From assembly GCF_002113885.1 (NCBI RefSeq), contig NW_018408739.1:109515-173514 (forward strand): a stretch of DNA of 64,000 bases. Direction: 5' to 3'. Of this stretch, positions 24,778 to 38,200 are shown piece by piece. The translations under genes were made by a program, and so were the position numbers. The notes under the pieces are model-generated. The model was not told the DNA's origin and did no database searches. It saw only the letters and a list, made by a program, of their open reading frames with translations. Each line of letters starts with the position of its first letter. Positions within the stretch are counted from its first letter, which is position 1. Origin of the DNA: Mizuhopecten yessoensis. Its lineage: Eukaryota.

Positions 24778-25653
24778 TCACCTGTACCAGTACATATACC
24801 GGTATACCTGTACCAGTACATATACTGGTACACCTGTACCAGTACACCTGCACCAGTACATATACCGGCATACCTGTACCAGTACATAGACGGGTATACC
24901 TGTACCAGTTCACCTGTACCAGCACATCTGTACCAGTTCACCTGTACCAGCACATCTGTACCAGTTCACCTGTACCAGTACATCTGTACGAGTTCACCTG
25001 TACCAGTACATGTACCGCTATACCTGTACCAGTACGTATACCGGCATACCTGTACCAGTACATATACCGGTATACCTGTACCAGTACACATGTACCAGTA
25101 CACCTGTACCAGTACACCTGTACCAGTACATCTGTACCAGTTCACCTGTACCAGTACATATACCGGTATACCTGTACCAGTACACATATACCAGTACACC
25201 TGTACCAGTACACCTGTACCAGTACATCTGTACCAGTTCACCTGTACCAGTACATATACCGGTATACCTGTACCAGTACACATATACCAGTACACCTGTA
25301 CCAGTACACCTGTACCAGTACATCTGTACCAGTTCACCTGTACCAGTACATATACCGGTATACCTGTACCAGTACACATGTACCAGTACACATGTACCAG
25401 TATACCTGTACCAGTACACCTGTACCAGTACATGTACCGGTATACCTGTACCAGTACACCTGTACCAGTATACCTGTACCAGTACACATGTACCAGTATA
25501 CCTGTACCAGTACACCTGTACCAGTACATGTACCGGTTTACCTGTACCAGTACACCTGTACCAGTATACCTGTACCAGTACATGTACCGGTATACCTGTA
25601 CCAGTATACCTGTACCAGTACATATACCGGTATACCTGTACCAGTACACCTGT
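24778..25653 (+). repeat. 14-bp minisatellite (cacctgtaccagta) with 96-bp higher-order units, downstream of LACTB
   Basis: About 60 units. Higher-order starts recur at 25081, 25177, 25273 and 25369. Confidence 0.95.
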
Positions 25654-25934
25654 CATTTAAGATATAATTTAAAACAATCACAACTGCCAAAATACCGACC
25701 TACATACGTGCTTGCAAGATATTTTCTTTGTTTTGTTAAATTTCTTATTCAGATTGTTATCATTGTTTATTGATGAACTTTGCCCATCAATTATTGTTTT
25801 TGATTAACCTAGTCATGTTTCCAGCATTATAAAAACCTAATATAACATATACATGCATTATAAACTTTTAATTTACAAGTGTTGATTGTTTTACATGTTC
25901 CCTTGTATGAAGTATCTCAGATATTGCAGCTTAA

Positions 25935-26397
25935 GGTTCAACAAGCCCCCTAGAAGATGAATTGTCGTCTCAATTTCAACCTGTGCTTTTCAGTTTAAAT
26001 GTTGATTACATATCTAGCTCATTCATAACAAGACAGAATGTTATCAAATGGCACGTCATTTAAAGTTCATTTCCTCTCAACAGCTTATAAAAGAGAGTTT
26101 AAGCTCCGCATGGCCTAGGTATATAAATAAACTTTAAATTATACGTCATTTCTTAGCACTCAGTCGCAAAAGAGATTGACATGCTATAACCCGGTGAACT
26201 GTTTTTATGAAGACGCCAGCCTTAATGCCATCTTTCGACTATTTAACCTAGCTATGTTTTTTATAGCCAATGTACAAGTTCAATATATTCAAATAACATA
26301 TATAAGTTCCGATTTTTAATAAGGGTCCTTGAATATGACTTAGCAAGGGGTTGAAATTTAGTGTTACTACAGCATCTATTAGGGGGCTTGTTGAACC
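25935..26397. mobile_element. Kolobok-like MITE at a TTAA site
   Basis: TIRs GGTTCAACAAGCCCCCTAGAAGATG / CATCTATTAGGGGGCTTGTTGAACC, preceded by TTAA. Confidence 0.7.
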
Positions 26398-27178
26398 TTG
26401 TTATAATCTTCAAACAACTTCTTCTAAAGATCTACAGTGACTAGAGTGTAGAATTACAGTGTAGCTTGCTAGCTTGAAGCTCATATGGATACATTTTCTT
26501 ATTCAGATCATCGTTTATTGATGAACATTGTGTATTTTTTGGTATATTTTGTTTTTGCTCTACCTAGTCGTGTTTCCGGCATTTTAGAAACATAATATAA
26601 CATATAAATGCATTATTACATTATAATTTATAACTGTTGATTGTTTAACAAGTTATCTTGTATGAAGTAGCTTAAGTCGAAAATCTGTAATCTTTAAATA
26701 ACTTCTTCTAAAGAGCTACAGTGACTAGAATGTTGAATTACAGTGTAGGTTTCTAGCTTGAAAGTCAGATGGATATCTAAATGTTTCTGTGGTCAAACGT
26801 TTGTTTTTTTCAATTTTCAAACAATGTTCATCGCGATCGAAATCATATTTATATATACATAAATATTTATTCAGATTTTTATCTGAAAATCATCATTTGA
26901 AACATAATCAAACAAATAATATAGAATGACCTATGTTTGTTTTAGTAAATATCGAATGTTGTTTTATAAAACAAAAACAAAAAACAATAAACACATATCA
27001 AGCAGCAATTTGTGTTGAGTTCCATTGATGTATTAACGTATCTGCTCTCTACGGCTTGGTAAGCTCTGCCCACGGATAAACTAGCGTATACTCGGTGAAG
27101 CTTTCCTTTTGATCCATTTACTTTTCATATGAAATGAGCAATATTCCCTCGATATATAATTGCTGTGTTCAGATCCCT

Positions 27179-27420
27179 GGACCTAGTTGTTCAAAAGGTT
27201 ATGATTAGCTTATTCAGTGAATAGCGCAAAGTTTAATTTGTGTGTAACTTTAAAACAAAACTATTGAATAAGATACAATTTTCCAGATATCATATATTTG
27301 GTAGAATGAATTCACTTGCAAAATTGTGAGATTTTACCTTGAATATGAACGAAATTATCAAAGGTTGAGAATGTCGTTAAACAGTGATTAAACTAACCAC
27401 CTTTTGAACAACTGGGCTCT
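27179..27420. mobile_element. PIF/Harbinger-like MITE
   Basis: TIRs ggacctagttgttcaaaagg / ccttttgaacaactgggctc. A related element lies at ~62179-62405. Confidence 0.6.
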
Positions 27421-29620
27421 GACGTGAGTCGCTTGCAGCAATGAACAAATTTGACCATTGGTCCCAGGATGTTACTTTGCAAGTTGCATCCTGAGATGAA
27501 AGGCTATAAGATTATGACTTTGTTCGACTTTCAATCACAGTGGTGAAATGTTTAAAAAAAAAAAAAACAGGTTCTTTTGAATTAAATTTAATCATACATA
27601 CTGATATTTTATTTTGCCTGTAGCTTTATTTTAGATCAGGTTTGAGTTTACAAGTGTGAGATTTATACCAGGTGAGCGATGCAGGCCCATTGGGCCTCTT
27701 GTTTTATTTCTCAATTTGCAATTGAAGGTAAATAACAAATATTTCCTCTACATAAGAATCACGTTCGTTCGAAACGAAGAGTATACAAGCATGTTTAAAT
27801 AAATAATACCCGATAATAAAGATATCGCTCTAAATTGTTAATGAAAATCGAAACCCTGGTTTTACCTGAAGTTGATTGTGTCATACATTATGCGTACTTA
27901 ATCATCACATTGTTTAATTATTAATCTCGCACATAGACAAGATAGTGTACCTAGTGAAAGGAGTTCGTCCTTTGATAATAAACGACTGCATAAGCAAACA
28001 CATTACCTTATATTATCCACACATATATAACCACTCAAATGGAAGGACGAAGTCTAAAACAAGTCTAAATTTGTGTTATTCAGTTAATCGTAAATACAAA
28101 TCTTGAGGGAAATAAACTGGCACTATATGTTGGAATATTTTCAATGCATCCTCACAAGATTTATAAGTTTAATAAACTCACTTGTATTATATATAATTAT
28201 TAAATTAGTGAAATTATGTATGTAACAGACAGACTTTTTCACATAAACAGCCAGTAATTTTAAATGTCATATCATAACCCGCGTATATTTATTGAGAATC
28301 TAACATCAGAAATTGACATCACAACGCGAATACAATGTAAATAAAACTCGCCCACATTTTTTTTTTCTCTATTCAGAATAATAATTTACCAACTTCATTT
28401 GTCTGCTAATAACGTTACTTTCATTTAAGCAGACTTGTTTTCCTTTTAATAAAATATTACATTTTAATCAATCCGAAAATAACTGCAATTCCGGGACAAA
28501 GAAAATTCTGAAATGCAATTCGTTAAGTCGATTTAAATTTAATCTGCAGTAAAACGTGTATATTACTGACCAAAACATGATTACATGAAGGAAATAAAAA
28601 AAACATGAAGAAAAACATTCAATATTTTATTATGTTATTCATTTACACACTATTGTAAATATACAACCGATTATTAGCTTCCTACTTTACACATGTGACG
28701 ACCCGTATTTACATTGTCACTCGGCTAACTCTAAGTGTGTATTCGATCATTTGACTATTTAGCTGTGACCAAGACAGAAATATACAAAGCATTGTTAGTT
28801 TAACAAATCATCAATGCAATTATACAATCTTGGATATTTTCAACATACATCCAAAATGCAGGGATTTAAAACATAAAGAGACTTTAGTTTAAACCATAGT
28901 AAATTCCTGTCAATTGACATGTACACTTACACAAAACATTTCATTCTGATGATGGGAAACAAATACTTTTTTACTTTTACATAGTCCTTCTCATCGTTCG
29001 TAACAAGCTTTGCTGATAATACATGTATAACTTTGCAGTGATAGCCTGCATATGTACTTAGGACACTGTTTAGAAAGAGAGATAGAACATGATATTAGGG
29101 ATACATGAAGTAAGTGATTAATGTTTACCCAGTTAGGTGGGTAGTGAGGTTTTAATGTAGTTAAATTATAATTGCTTTTAAAAATCTTCTTGTTGATTTG
29201 ATAAAAAAAAATGAGTAGCTATAAAGGTTCATACGTTAAAGATACATGACCAAACAGTAGTAATTCAACACTTAATTGGTAAGATACTTTTCCTCCTTCC
29301 CTACATTTTTTAAAAAGCTAGTCCGAGTACGATTAACTAGATTCATAAAGTAGAACGAATTAATTGCTTAAATTGGCCTGATCTGACTGTGTTTTTACAC
29401 AAAAGTCCATGTTTTTCTCTGACCAGTGCCAGTACAACCACTTTGTGTCATATGTTCATATTGATTGATTAGTTTTTACGTTTATGAGTTTTTCACGTAA
29501 TTTATATGAATTCAATTATTAAAATAAACCTCAAAAGTCAGCTTTCGTTAAAGAGTGACCAGTACATTTATGGCCGATTAAGAATTCTCTAAATATAAGT
29601 TCTGTTTTGACCAAACGCTG

Positions 29621-29946
29621 TCATCCTCGATAACCAGGGGTAACGCTCAAATTCGCTCTCAGCACCCCTGGAATAGGTCATGGCAAAATCGAAGGTAGCT
29701 GTTTGATTGGTGTCAGTCACTAGGCTGATCACTGTCCTCTGAAGATTACAGAGGAGCGACGCCCGACTTCAAAGACAATTTTTACAGTTACGCGACTCAG
29801 ATATTCTATTAATATATATCAAAAGATCGAACTAGTCTTCTTGTCTCATCAACGAGGTGGTACACACTGAGCCTTCAATTTAGCTATGACATATTTCAGG
29901 GGTACAGAGAGCGTAAGTGAGCGTAACCCCTGGTTACCGAGGATGA
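29621..29946. mobile_element. MITE with ~30-bp TIRs
   Basis: tcatcctcgataaccaggggtaacgctca / tgagcgtaacccctggttaccgaggatga. Confidence 0.7.
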
Positions 29947-31884
29947 TTAACCCGAGGTGTCAGATGAAGTAATGCATGGTATTGCGTTGATTACGACTTA
30001 CAAATATCCTTTAAAAACATTCATCATTACTCCGTAAAAGGTCTAATTTGCTTCACGGAGAAATAAAAAACCCATTGCGGGCAAAATGATGTCGAGGACG
30101 CAAATTGAAGATATATTATCGCCGCAAAAATGGCAACTGTATCAATTCGTGGAATTGACCCGTGGACAATAACCGAAGGTACCAGGCAAATAGGAGTTTG
30201 GCTACTAGCTATATAGGGTGGTAGAAAAACATTGTATTTATACAGTATGAACCACACGACTTTGCATTATATTGCCTAAAGGTACTAATCCCGTCTGTCA
30301 ATACAATTCAACCATAATATAAACAAGGTTGCTACATGTAACTCCGTCCACTAGTAAAATGACCCCGTTACAGGGAACATGCGATTTTGTCACAATCGTT
30401 CATAATATCACGCCGGGCGCAGTCTAGATCGACAGGAAAAATATTCTTCTATAATTTAATGTATCATACCATATATCATGAAGTATACTTTTCAGTAGGC
30501 TTCATGAAACATCGAATGGTCGAGTTTCAGATTTTCGGACACTGCTGTCCCCGGGATAACACGCTGAATCGTTAATATCCCTAGAGGGTAGTGCCAAACA
30601 CACAACATGAACGCTGTTAAATGTCAATAAGTGTTTCTACGATAGGAAACGAACTTACTTGTACGATAGTTCACGCCCTAATATATCGGACGCCTTGTGT
30701 ATATTAAGGGTGTAATGACAGACGAGGCTAGTACCTGGGCATGACCTGTAAACTGTATCATTATAACAGCATGCACCAAGTATTATTAATCAATATGTTT
30801 ATCCTGTAGTATTGAAGGGAAGTCTTTATGAAATGAGTGCTTGTCTGCGCCTCGTTGTCTTTGTACTTCAAATTTGATCAACCTCAAGGGTGTGGCGAAG
30901 ATTGCAACGCGTACAACAGCCATGCTTTTTCAGTGTATAACTATCGAAAAAAATCAAAATAGCAACGATGAGATGTTTCTTGGTAACTAAAGTAAAGTGT
31001 TTAACAAATAAACTTGAATGTTTATAGACGGATAGAGTTTGCATACGTCATAGTACAAACACCTATTTACATAATCAGCATCACATGGACCACCTAGTTT
31101 TAAGTACAAGACGCACCCAACCCGGTCAGGTGTAAATATGTTATACAGATGTATATAGATTCCACCCTCTCCGAATAAGGTTTCTCTAAGGGAAAGTTAA
31201 GACATTTTCTTAATTAAATTTCATTTATGTGAATGTCGATGAAGTAAGACGGATCTTGTTGCATGAATCCTGATGTCCTTTGGAAATCAATTAAGTTGTC
31301 CGGGACCAATTAAGTCGCACAGAAATGTTAATTTCATCCAGAAACAGTAGAATATTTCGCAAACAATAAGTTGTCCTAAAACAATAAGTTGTCCTAAAAT
31401 AATAAGTTGTCCGAAAACGACACAATTGTCCAAAAACGATTCAATGAAATATCGGTGAAGCACAATAACTTATCACCAACTTGATCTATTTTACAACAAT
31501 TAGGAAACAAGTTTTTAAAACTTTTACTAATCACTCTTGTTGGTCCGGGTGTTAAATAGTCCATATACATAGATAATTAACAAGTACAGGAGTCCATCAT
31601 TACTAACTTTAACTTGTCTGTGAGATAGGGGGAAAGAAAAGAGACAAATTTAAATCCAAAGAATGTCTACATCACAAAAGAATACCACACTCCCTCATTT
31701 AAAACATTCAAGAAACATGAAAAAGGGAGAAAATACAAGGATTTGGCAGTCGTTGAAACGCGTATCTAAACGGTGCAGTTAATAATTGAACTTACATTTT
31801 TTATTTTAAATTAACTAAGGGTTAGTTGATTTTTTCTGTATAAATATGTTATCTTATTTTTTATTTTTTACTTTTATCTTACAA

Positions 31885-32052
31885 AAAATACGACACAAGT
31901 TATCTCAGCTTATATTAATCACTCCTGTTGGCCTGGACGGAGCGCGCAGGGGGTCTGGATGTAGGTGGAAGCAGGAGAAACTGTTCACGTCCGAAAGACG
32001 ATCGCCGGTCGTCTTGGTGTAAGGTGAGTGCGCTATCCACTACGCCCACCAA
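31885..32052 (-). mobile_element. V-SINE, internally deleted copy just upstream of the VWDE-like promoter
   Basis: The reverse complement matches the 4008-4210 element (gtggatagcgcactcacc, tcggacgtgaa, ggccaacaggagtgatt). Confidence 0.6.
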
Positions 32053-32204
32053 TCCTCCAATAAGCTGGCATCCAATCAACGATGAAGTAAGAAATCAGTA
32101 ATATGATTACGTAATTTTTGTTTGTAGAAAAATACAAACGAAAGCGAAGCATGCATATATTTACTTAATGCCTAAGTGTTAAGAACGTCATTTAAAAATA
32201 TTCC

Positions 32205-32212
32205 TATATAAA
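32205..32212 (+). promoter_or_regulatory. TATA box of the VWDE-like mucin gene
   Basis: TATATAAA about 30 bp upstream of an Inr-like TCAGAGTT (~32236) and 60 bp upstream of the signal-peptide ATG. Confidence 0.55.
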
Positions 32213-32264
32213 CGTATCGGGCCTGCTATTCAATCTCAGAGTTCGTTTGGATGTGCCATTGACG

Positions 32265-35200
32265 ATGTTAAGGATACTTGTGCTGTTAGTTGTCTGGTGT
32301 AGATCAACAACAGGTAAGATTTGCACTACGACATTACGTGGTTAATAACCATTTGTCTGTTCAAAATAACGCATCGTATTCCTACAAACCATGCGTGTCT
32401 TGTTGGGTCATTGATAAAACCTCTTACACTACTTGATTATAGATGGAAACGTTTCGAAATGTTTAGATTATAATTACAAAACCATCAAAAAATATAATCT
32501 TGTATGACTCATTGCTCTCTCACATTTCATCACGTTGTCTCTCGATTATTTTGACTTTACTTCTGTTATTCGATTCGATTTTTTCCTTATCGTTTATCTT
32601 GTCTTTCTTTCGTACGGTCATACATGTACATGAACGTGTATGTATAACCTTTTGTCGTTCGTTTCTTCTAAGCTTTTAACTATCATGTCTAACGTTTTTT
32701 CATTCATTTCTGCTAAAGCTGTATCAATTATTTCTTAACGCCTCGTAATTCTTTTTGTCATACGTTCTGTCATCATATTTGTTAAGAGTCTTTCGTTCTG
32801 TCGCCCGGGTTTTCTTATTTTTCTAACATTTCGATTGGCATTCTTGCATTCGTTTTATCCTGCTTTCTGTAATTTTGATCAATCCTTTGTACTATTTTGT
32901 TTCGTATTTCTCTAAATTGTCCCTTTAAAAATTGTAATGAAAAGTAAAAAAAATAATGGTTTTCTTGTTGAACTCTAGCTATATATTTCACACATTTAAA
33001 CACACCTGTAATAACAGTCAGAAAACTAGCGTTATGGGTTAGTGTGTTTTCACAGAATACTCGAAAGGACTGACACTTTAACCCAGAAGATTTGTTTTTT
33101 TGAAATAGTCCATATACATAGATTATTAAAAAGTACAGGAGTCCATCATTACTAACCTGAATTTGTATGTTAAATAGGTTTTTTTTTCAAACGTGCATTA
33201 TCAAGTGGAATTTTCGTAAAAACTGCGGCTGGCATACATTATATTTATCGTACATCGTGTACCGATCTTCTCTCTCAGAAGATTACGTTGTTACTATATT
33301 GTTGACTCTTAAACATGCAGTTAAAAACACATCTGCGTGCCCTGGGAAAATAATTGAGTGAAAATAGTGCAACATGTGACGATATTGAGCGTGATCAGGG
33401 TATTCTGAACTTTAAAATTAATGCTATTATAATTCGAAAAAATAATTTCAAGTTTGCAGGATCTGCTTCTGATTAGGAGTTTTGTGGCAAGATTATAAAA
33501 ACAACTTACTTCACTTAATTGTCCCTTTTAAACGTTGTTACGTGCCTCAATAAGTCAGCTATCTCACAAAATGGAGCATATCTACGTTATTTAGTAAAAC
33601 GTGAAAAGTTGAATTAATATGTACATATCAACAGTACATGTATCTATACATCTATGTAAACATGAGGATTGAATATAAGTATTTGTCATTGATACCCATC
33701 AAACTTATAAATAAAGTCTGTTGAATCTTATCACGATTAGACATTAGAAACGAGTATCATATCAACCTTTGTTCCTGTGAGGACGAAACATATTTACTTT
33801 TGTATTGACTTTATTTTTATTGTAAAGTAAATCTTGATTTGCATATTTATATTGACATTGGATCTTACAAAATGCAAAGTTTGACAAACCCTTTCGTCAC
33901 GTCAGTGGATAATATAAAAAGTTAATGGGAACTTTTGAAGTGCACTTTTGTATAAATACTTCTGTCTAATGAAAAGTGCACACAGACAAACACTGCCTAA
34001 CCAATGGTTCTACAAACCAAGCAAACAGCGAACTGCACTTGTCTGACCTTTGTAGACACTCTATCTCTAAATGTACTTCTAGTTGTAGGACAAGCTATTC
34101 CGTCTTTGCGTATTGCAGAGTTATCTTCTCTTGGGAGCAGGTATTGATTGTTACGTTATTGGTTGGTGTGAAAAAATTACGTCGTTTTCTCAAACATGGT
34201 TAATGACGTTACTCTCACAAACAAGTGACATAGCAATCGATACCTGCTCCCAAGTGAAGATAACTCTGCAATATGCAAAGACGGAATAGGTCCATGTGAT
34301 TCTAAAAAACAAGCTTTTCTGCACGACACACGAATATTTACTGCATACGTATTATGTTAACTCTAACTGTATATTTAATGTTCAGGACAAACTATAGACC
34401 CATGATGTACTAAAAACTATGCTATTTTGCATGAGCCCTTGAGGTCAACAACATACGTAGCAGGTTAACTCTAAATGTACTGTTAATTTTCAGGACAAAC
34501 TATTCCGTCTTTGCGTATTGCAGAGTTATCTTCTCTTGTGAGCAGGTATTGAATGTTACGTCATTGGTTTGTGTGTAAAAATCACGTCGTTTTCTTAAAA
34601 ATTGATGACGTTACTCTCACAAACAAATGACGTAACAATCAATACCTGCTCACAAGAGCAGATAGCTCTGCAATACAAAAAGGCGGAATATATGAGTCCA
34701 TGTGATCCTCAAAACTATGCTTTTCTGCATGACACCTGGAGGTCAACAGCATACGTAACAGGCTAACTCTAAATGTACTTTAAATTTGTTACGACAAAAT
34801 ATGATGTTTTGCATGAACCCTGGAGGTTACCTACATACTTCATATGTTAACCCGCAGTCTTTTAAGTTTCAGGAAAAAATATAGATCCGTGTGAACCTCA
34901 AAATTATGATGTTTTGGATGACCCCTGGAGGTCAACTGCATACGTCACATATGGCGTATACAAGAATGACGTCCTTATAAGAGAAGGCTGGTACAGGTCT
35001 ATGTCTGGAGCCGGGGGCACCATTCCATCATCAGCACCAAAGTCTTATCAAAGGTGTGGCACGCGGAACCCCGTCTGGATGTTTGACAGTGAGTTTACAG
35101 TTGATAGCACAGCCTTATTTATTTAAACAACCTTTATAGAATACCCACCTCCCCAGGTAATGGACCCTTCATATTTATCAATTATGGACTTGTTGAGGTG

Positions 35201-38200
35201 AACATGTGGTTTTATGAACCTAAAAAGGATTTATTAACCGAGACGAAACACAAGTTGTTATCAATATATATTAACTTTCTACAGTAGAAGCTCATTTATA
35301 TGGAAAATCACTTATGTTTCGAGACAAATTTTAAGATTTGTTTAGAACATTTAGAGGAATATCACACTGTATAAACACTCAACTCTAAGTAAGTGTTTTT
35401 TTAATAGCTGCATTACTAAAATGTCTATTTTGAAATTAATTAAGAAAAGCTTATTCATGTTGATACTGGTGTTAATGTTTATGTATTAAGAGAAACGAAT
35501 TCAATTTACTTGTAAACAAACCCATCCTAAATCTAAGAATAATAATATGTCATTTGGACTAGTCTCAGAATCGTTTGGCTGTTACTTCACCTTTCAGCTT
35601 TACCTTCGGATGGAGTAACGAAGTTTGTTAACGTATGCGGCAGGAGTTTCTTTTTCGACTGTTCTGCTGTATGGCAGATTGAAGTAAAGAACTGCGGGGC
35701 CTTCTATGTGTACTATCTACAGCGACCACCTGGGGATTTTGGATATTGCTTTGGTGAGTGGTTCAGTTAATATTCTGGATTCTCAATCAGTATTATAGTT
35801 TATCCAGCTACATGTAAGTAACAATAATAATATCCCTATGTGATTAAATGACCTTTATATGAATTAAGCTAACAAGAAACCATGAATAAAATCATCGTAA
35901 TCACGTTTAATCTTACCATGAATATATTATACATTTTGTCTCATCTAGAATTCATTATGATTACAAATGTACACATTATATCCTACCTTGAATATTATAC
36001 TCTATGTCTTATTTTGAATCAATCATGTTTACACATTATAATAAGCTTACCATGACTATAATATACTTTCTGTCTTATCTTGAATTTATCATGTTTACAC
36101 ACTATATCTTACCATGATTACAGTATGTATACACATTTATCTTATCTTAGATGTATTATTTATAAACGTTATATCTTACTTGGAATACACTTTGTACACA
36201 AATTAAACACAACAAGGAAATTGTATCTATGCATTTAACAATTGTCTGCAAACGAAATACTAAATGTAACTAATCACGCTCCTGTGTTAAATGTTTCCAT
36301 ACACCCATTGATGATAAGGATATGGACCTGCCTCGTCTGTGTATTGATTTCTGAAGCTTCATAAGTATCCTTCCAAATAACGTTTTGTCGCTGATTCCTC
36401 CAGTTGCTCAACCAAGGCATTGTCAAAACATACTATCATTCTTAGTACCATTAAATCTAGGTAAACAATTTCTTCAATAACATTTTTTTTACTTTCTGCC
36501 TCTTTACACCACAGTAACTCATACATCATACTATCATACTAATTTGCATTTCTAGATTTAATTAATTCTGTGATTTTGTAGGCACCGAGATGCAATGCCC
36601 GGATGGAGAAACTTCGGCCACAGGATTTACACCCGGGTGTAAATGTAAGTACAGCATGCCTTACACTGATGACTATATCAACTGATGTTTCGATTTTGTA
36701 TGGTAGTATATGTAACTGTCATTTATGAAATGTATTCCCGTATTTGATGGAAAACTATGTAGAGTTATTGAGTTTGCATTATTACATAATTGTTAAATCG
36801 CACTAAAGTAAAACAGCCAGTATTTATGATATGGAACATAAGGGCCTGTATTCACATGGTGGTGAAACAAGATGTTGTGTTATCGTACTAGACAGTATTT
36901 ATGATATGCAACACAAGGTCCTGTATTTCACACCGTGGTAATACAAGATGTTGTGTTATCCCGATAGACACAAATTCTTTTTGGCTGAAAATCATTGGTT
37001 CTTGCCCACCGATCAAAAAACTGATAGAAGAATGGATTGCTAGCATTTTAGTACTTTGTGATGTTAGTATCCGGTCTCGTGGGCGTTTTGTCTGCTGTTG
37101 ATGTTATGTTTACATTTTCAGTAGATATAAGGAATGTTGATGGAGGTAGTCGGGAATCAGACTTTTCAGAATAAATAGTGTGAATATAAACTACAATGTA
37201 GGCATGTAGTAAAAAGGCAGCTCAATCCAATACATATGTGTTTACAATCTAACGCCTCAAATGGTACTCAGTAACGAATGGATATATCATTCGCTTAAAT
37301 AATAATAATAATAATTCGAGGTTCTTATATACCGCTTTATCACAACTTAGTTCGTAGGTCGTCTCAAAGCGGTTCACAAATTATTATCCATGGTTATAGG
37401 GCCTTTGCAACCAGCCAATATTGTTCTCAACCTCCTTTGGGAGCATACAGCCGGTGCTTCTATTTCGGCGTTCACAGCTAGCATTCTACAATTCTAGCAC
37501 TGCGTAACCACGCACTCATTTATGGCTGAGTAGGCTGGAACAAGCGGAGTAAAGTATCTTGCTCAAAGGTGCAACACAGTGCCGTGCCGTGACTCGAACC
37601 CGCCACCCTTTGGTCACGAGCCCGTCGTCCTACCACTAGACCACCGTGCCTCCGTAACATCCTCGTAACATTTCTCCATACGCACGATGCACCCGACCAA
37701 TCTGAGACATCAGCTCACATCTAATACTCCCTACGAATTTGCCATTGTTTATTAGATAGATAATTCGTAATTTGGCATTCGACAGAAATACCTTCTACAA
37801 TAGAAAACGTGAACTGCAATAGAACATTCTCTTGAGGCATGATAAAAAAGAATCATTACAGACTAAGTTAAATGCTAAAGACTTAAAGACAAGAGACAAC
37901 AAAGAAAAAAATAGAAAGTAAGAGTAGAAAGGTATACCTATTTTTTGTTCTACAATGAAGGTCCTGATGAATTTGTAAAGTATTTTTTTTTTTTCGATTT
38001 TTCTTTTTAAATGTGTTTATGTTTACATAATTCTGCTCATATTTTAATCCTTCATCACATGAAATCCTAATTATAGATGTTGTCTATTTCAGATGCCTTA
38101 GATACGACTTTTACTGTATCTGTCAATACTGGGTTAGATGAAAGGATTGGTAAACCTCCAGGCATACCCGAAGTAATACCACAAGATTTCAAAATCCACG

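Noticed and set aside
24644-25773. Overlapping 200-300-aa Tyr/Cys-rich ORFs on both strands
   Set aside because: A by-product of a stop-free 14-bp repeat; no non-repetitive coding context.
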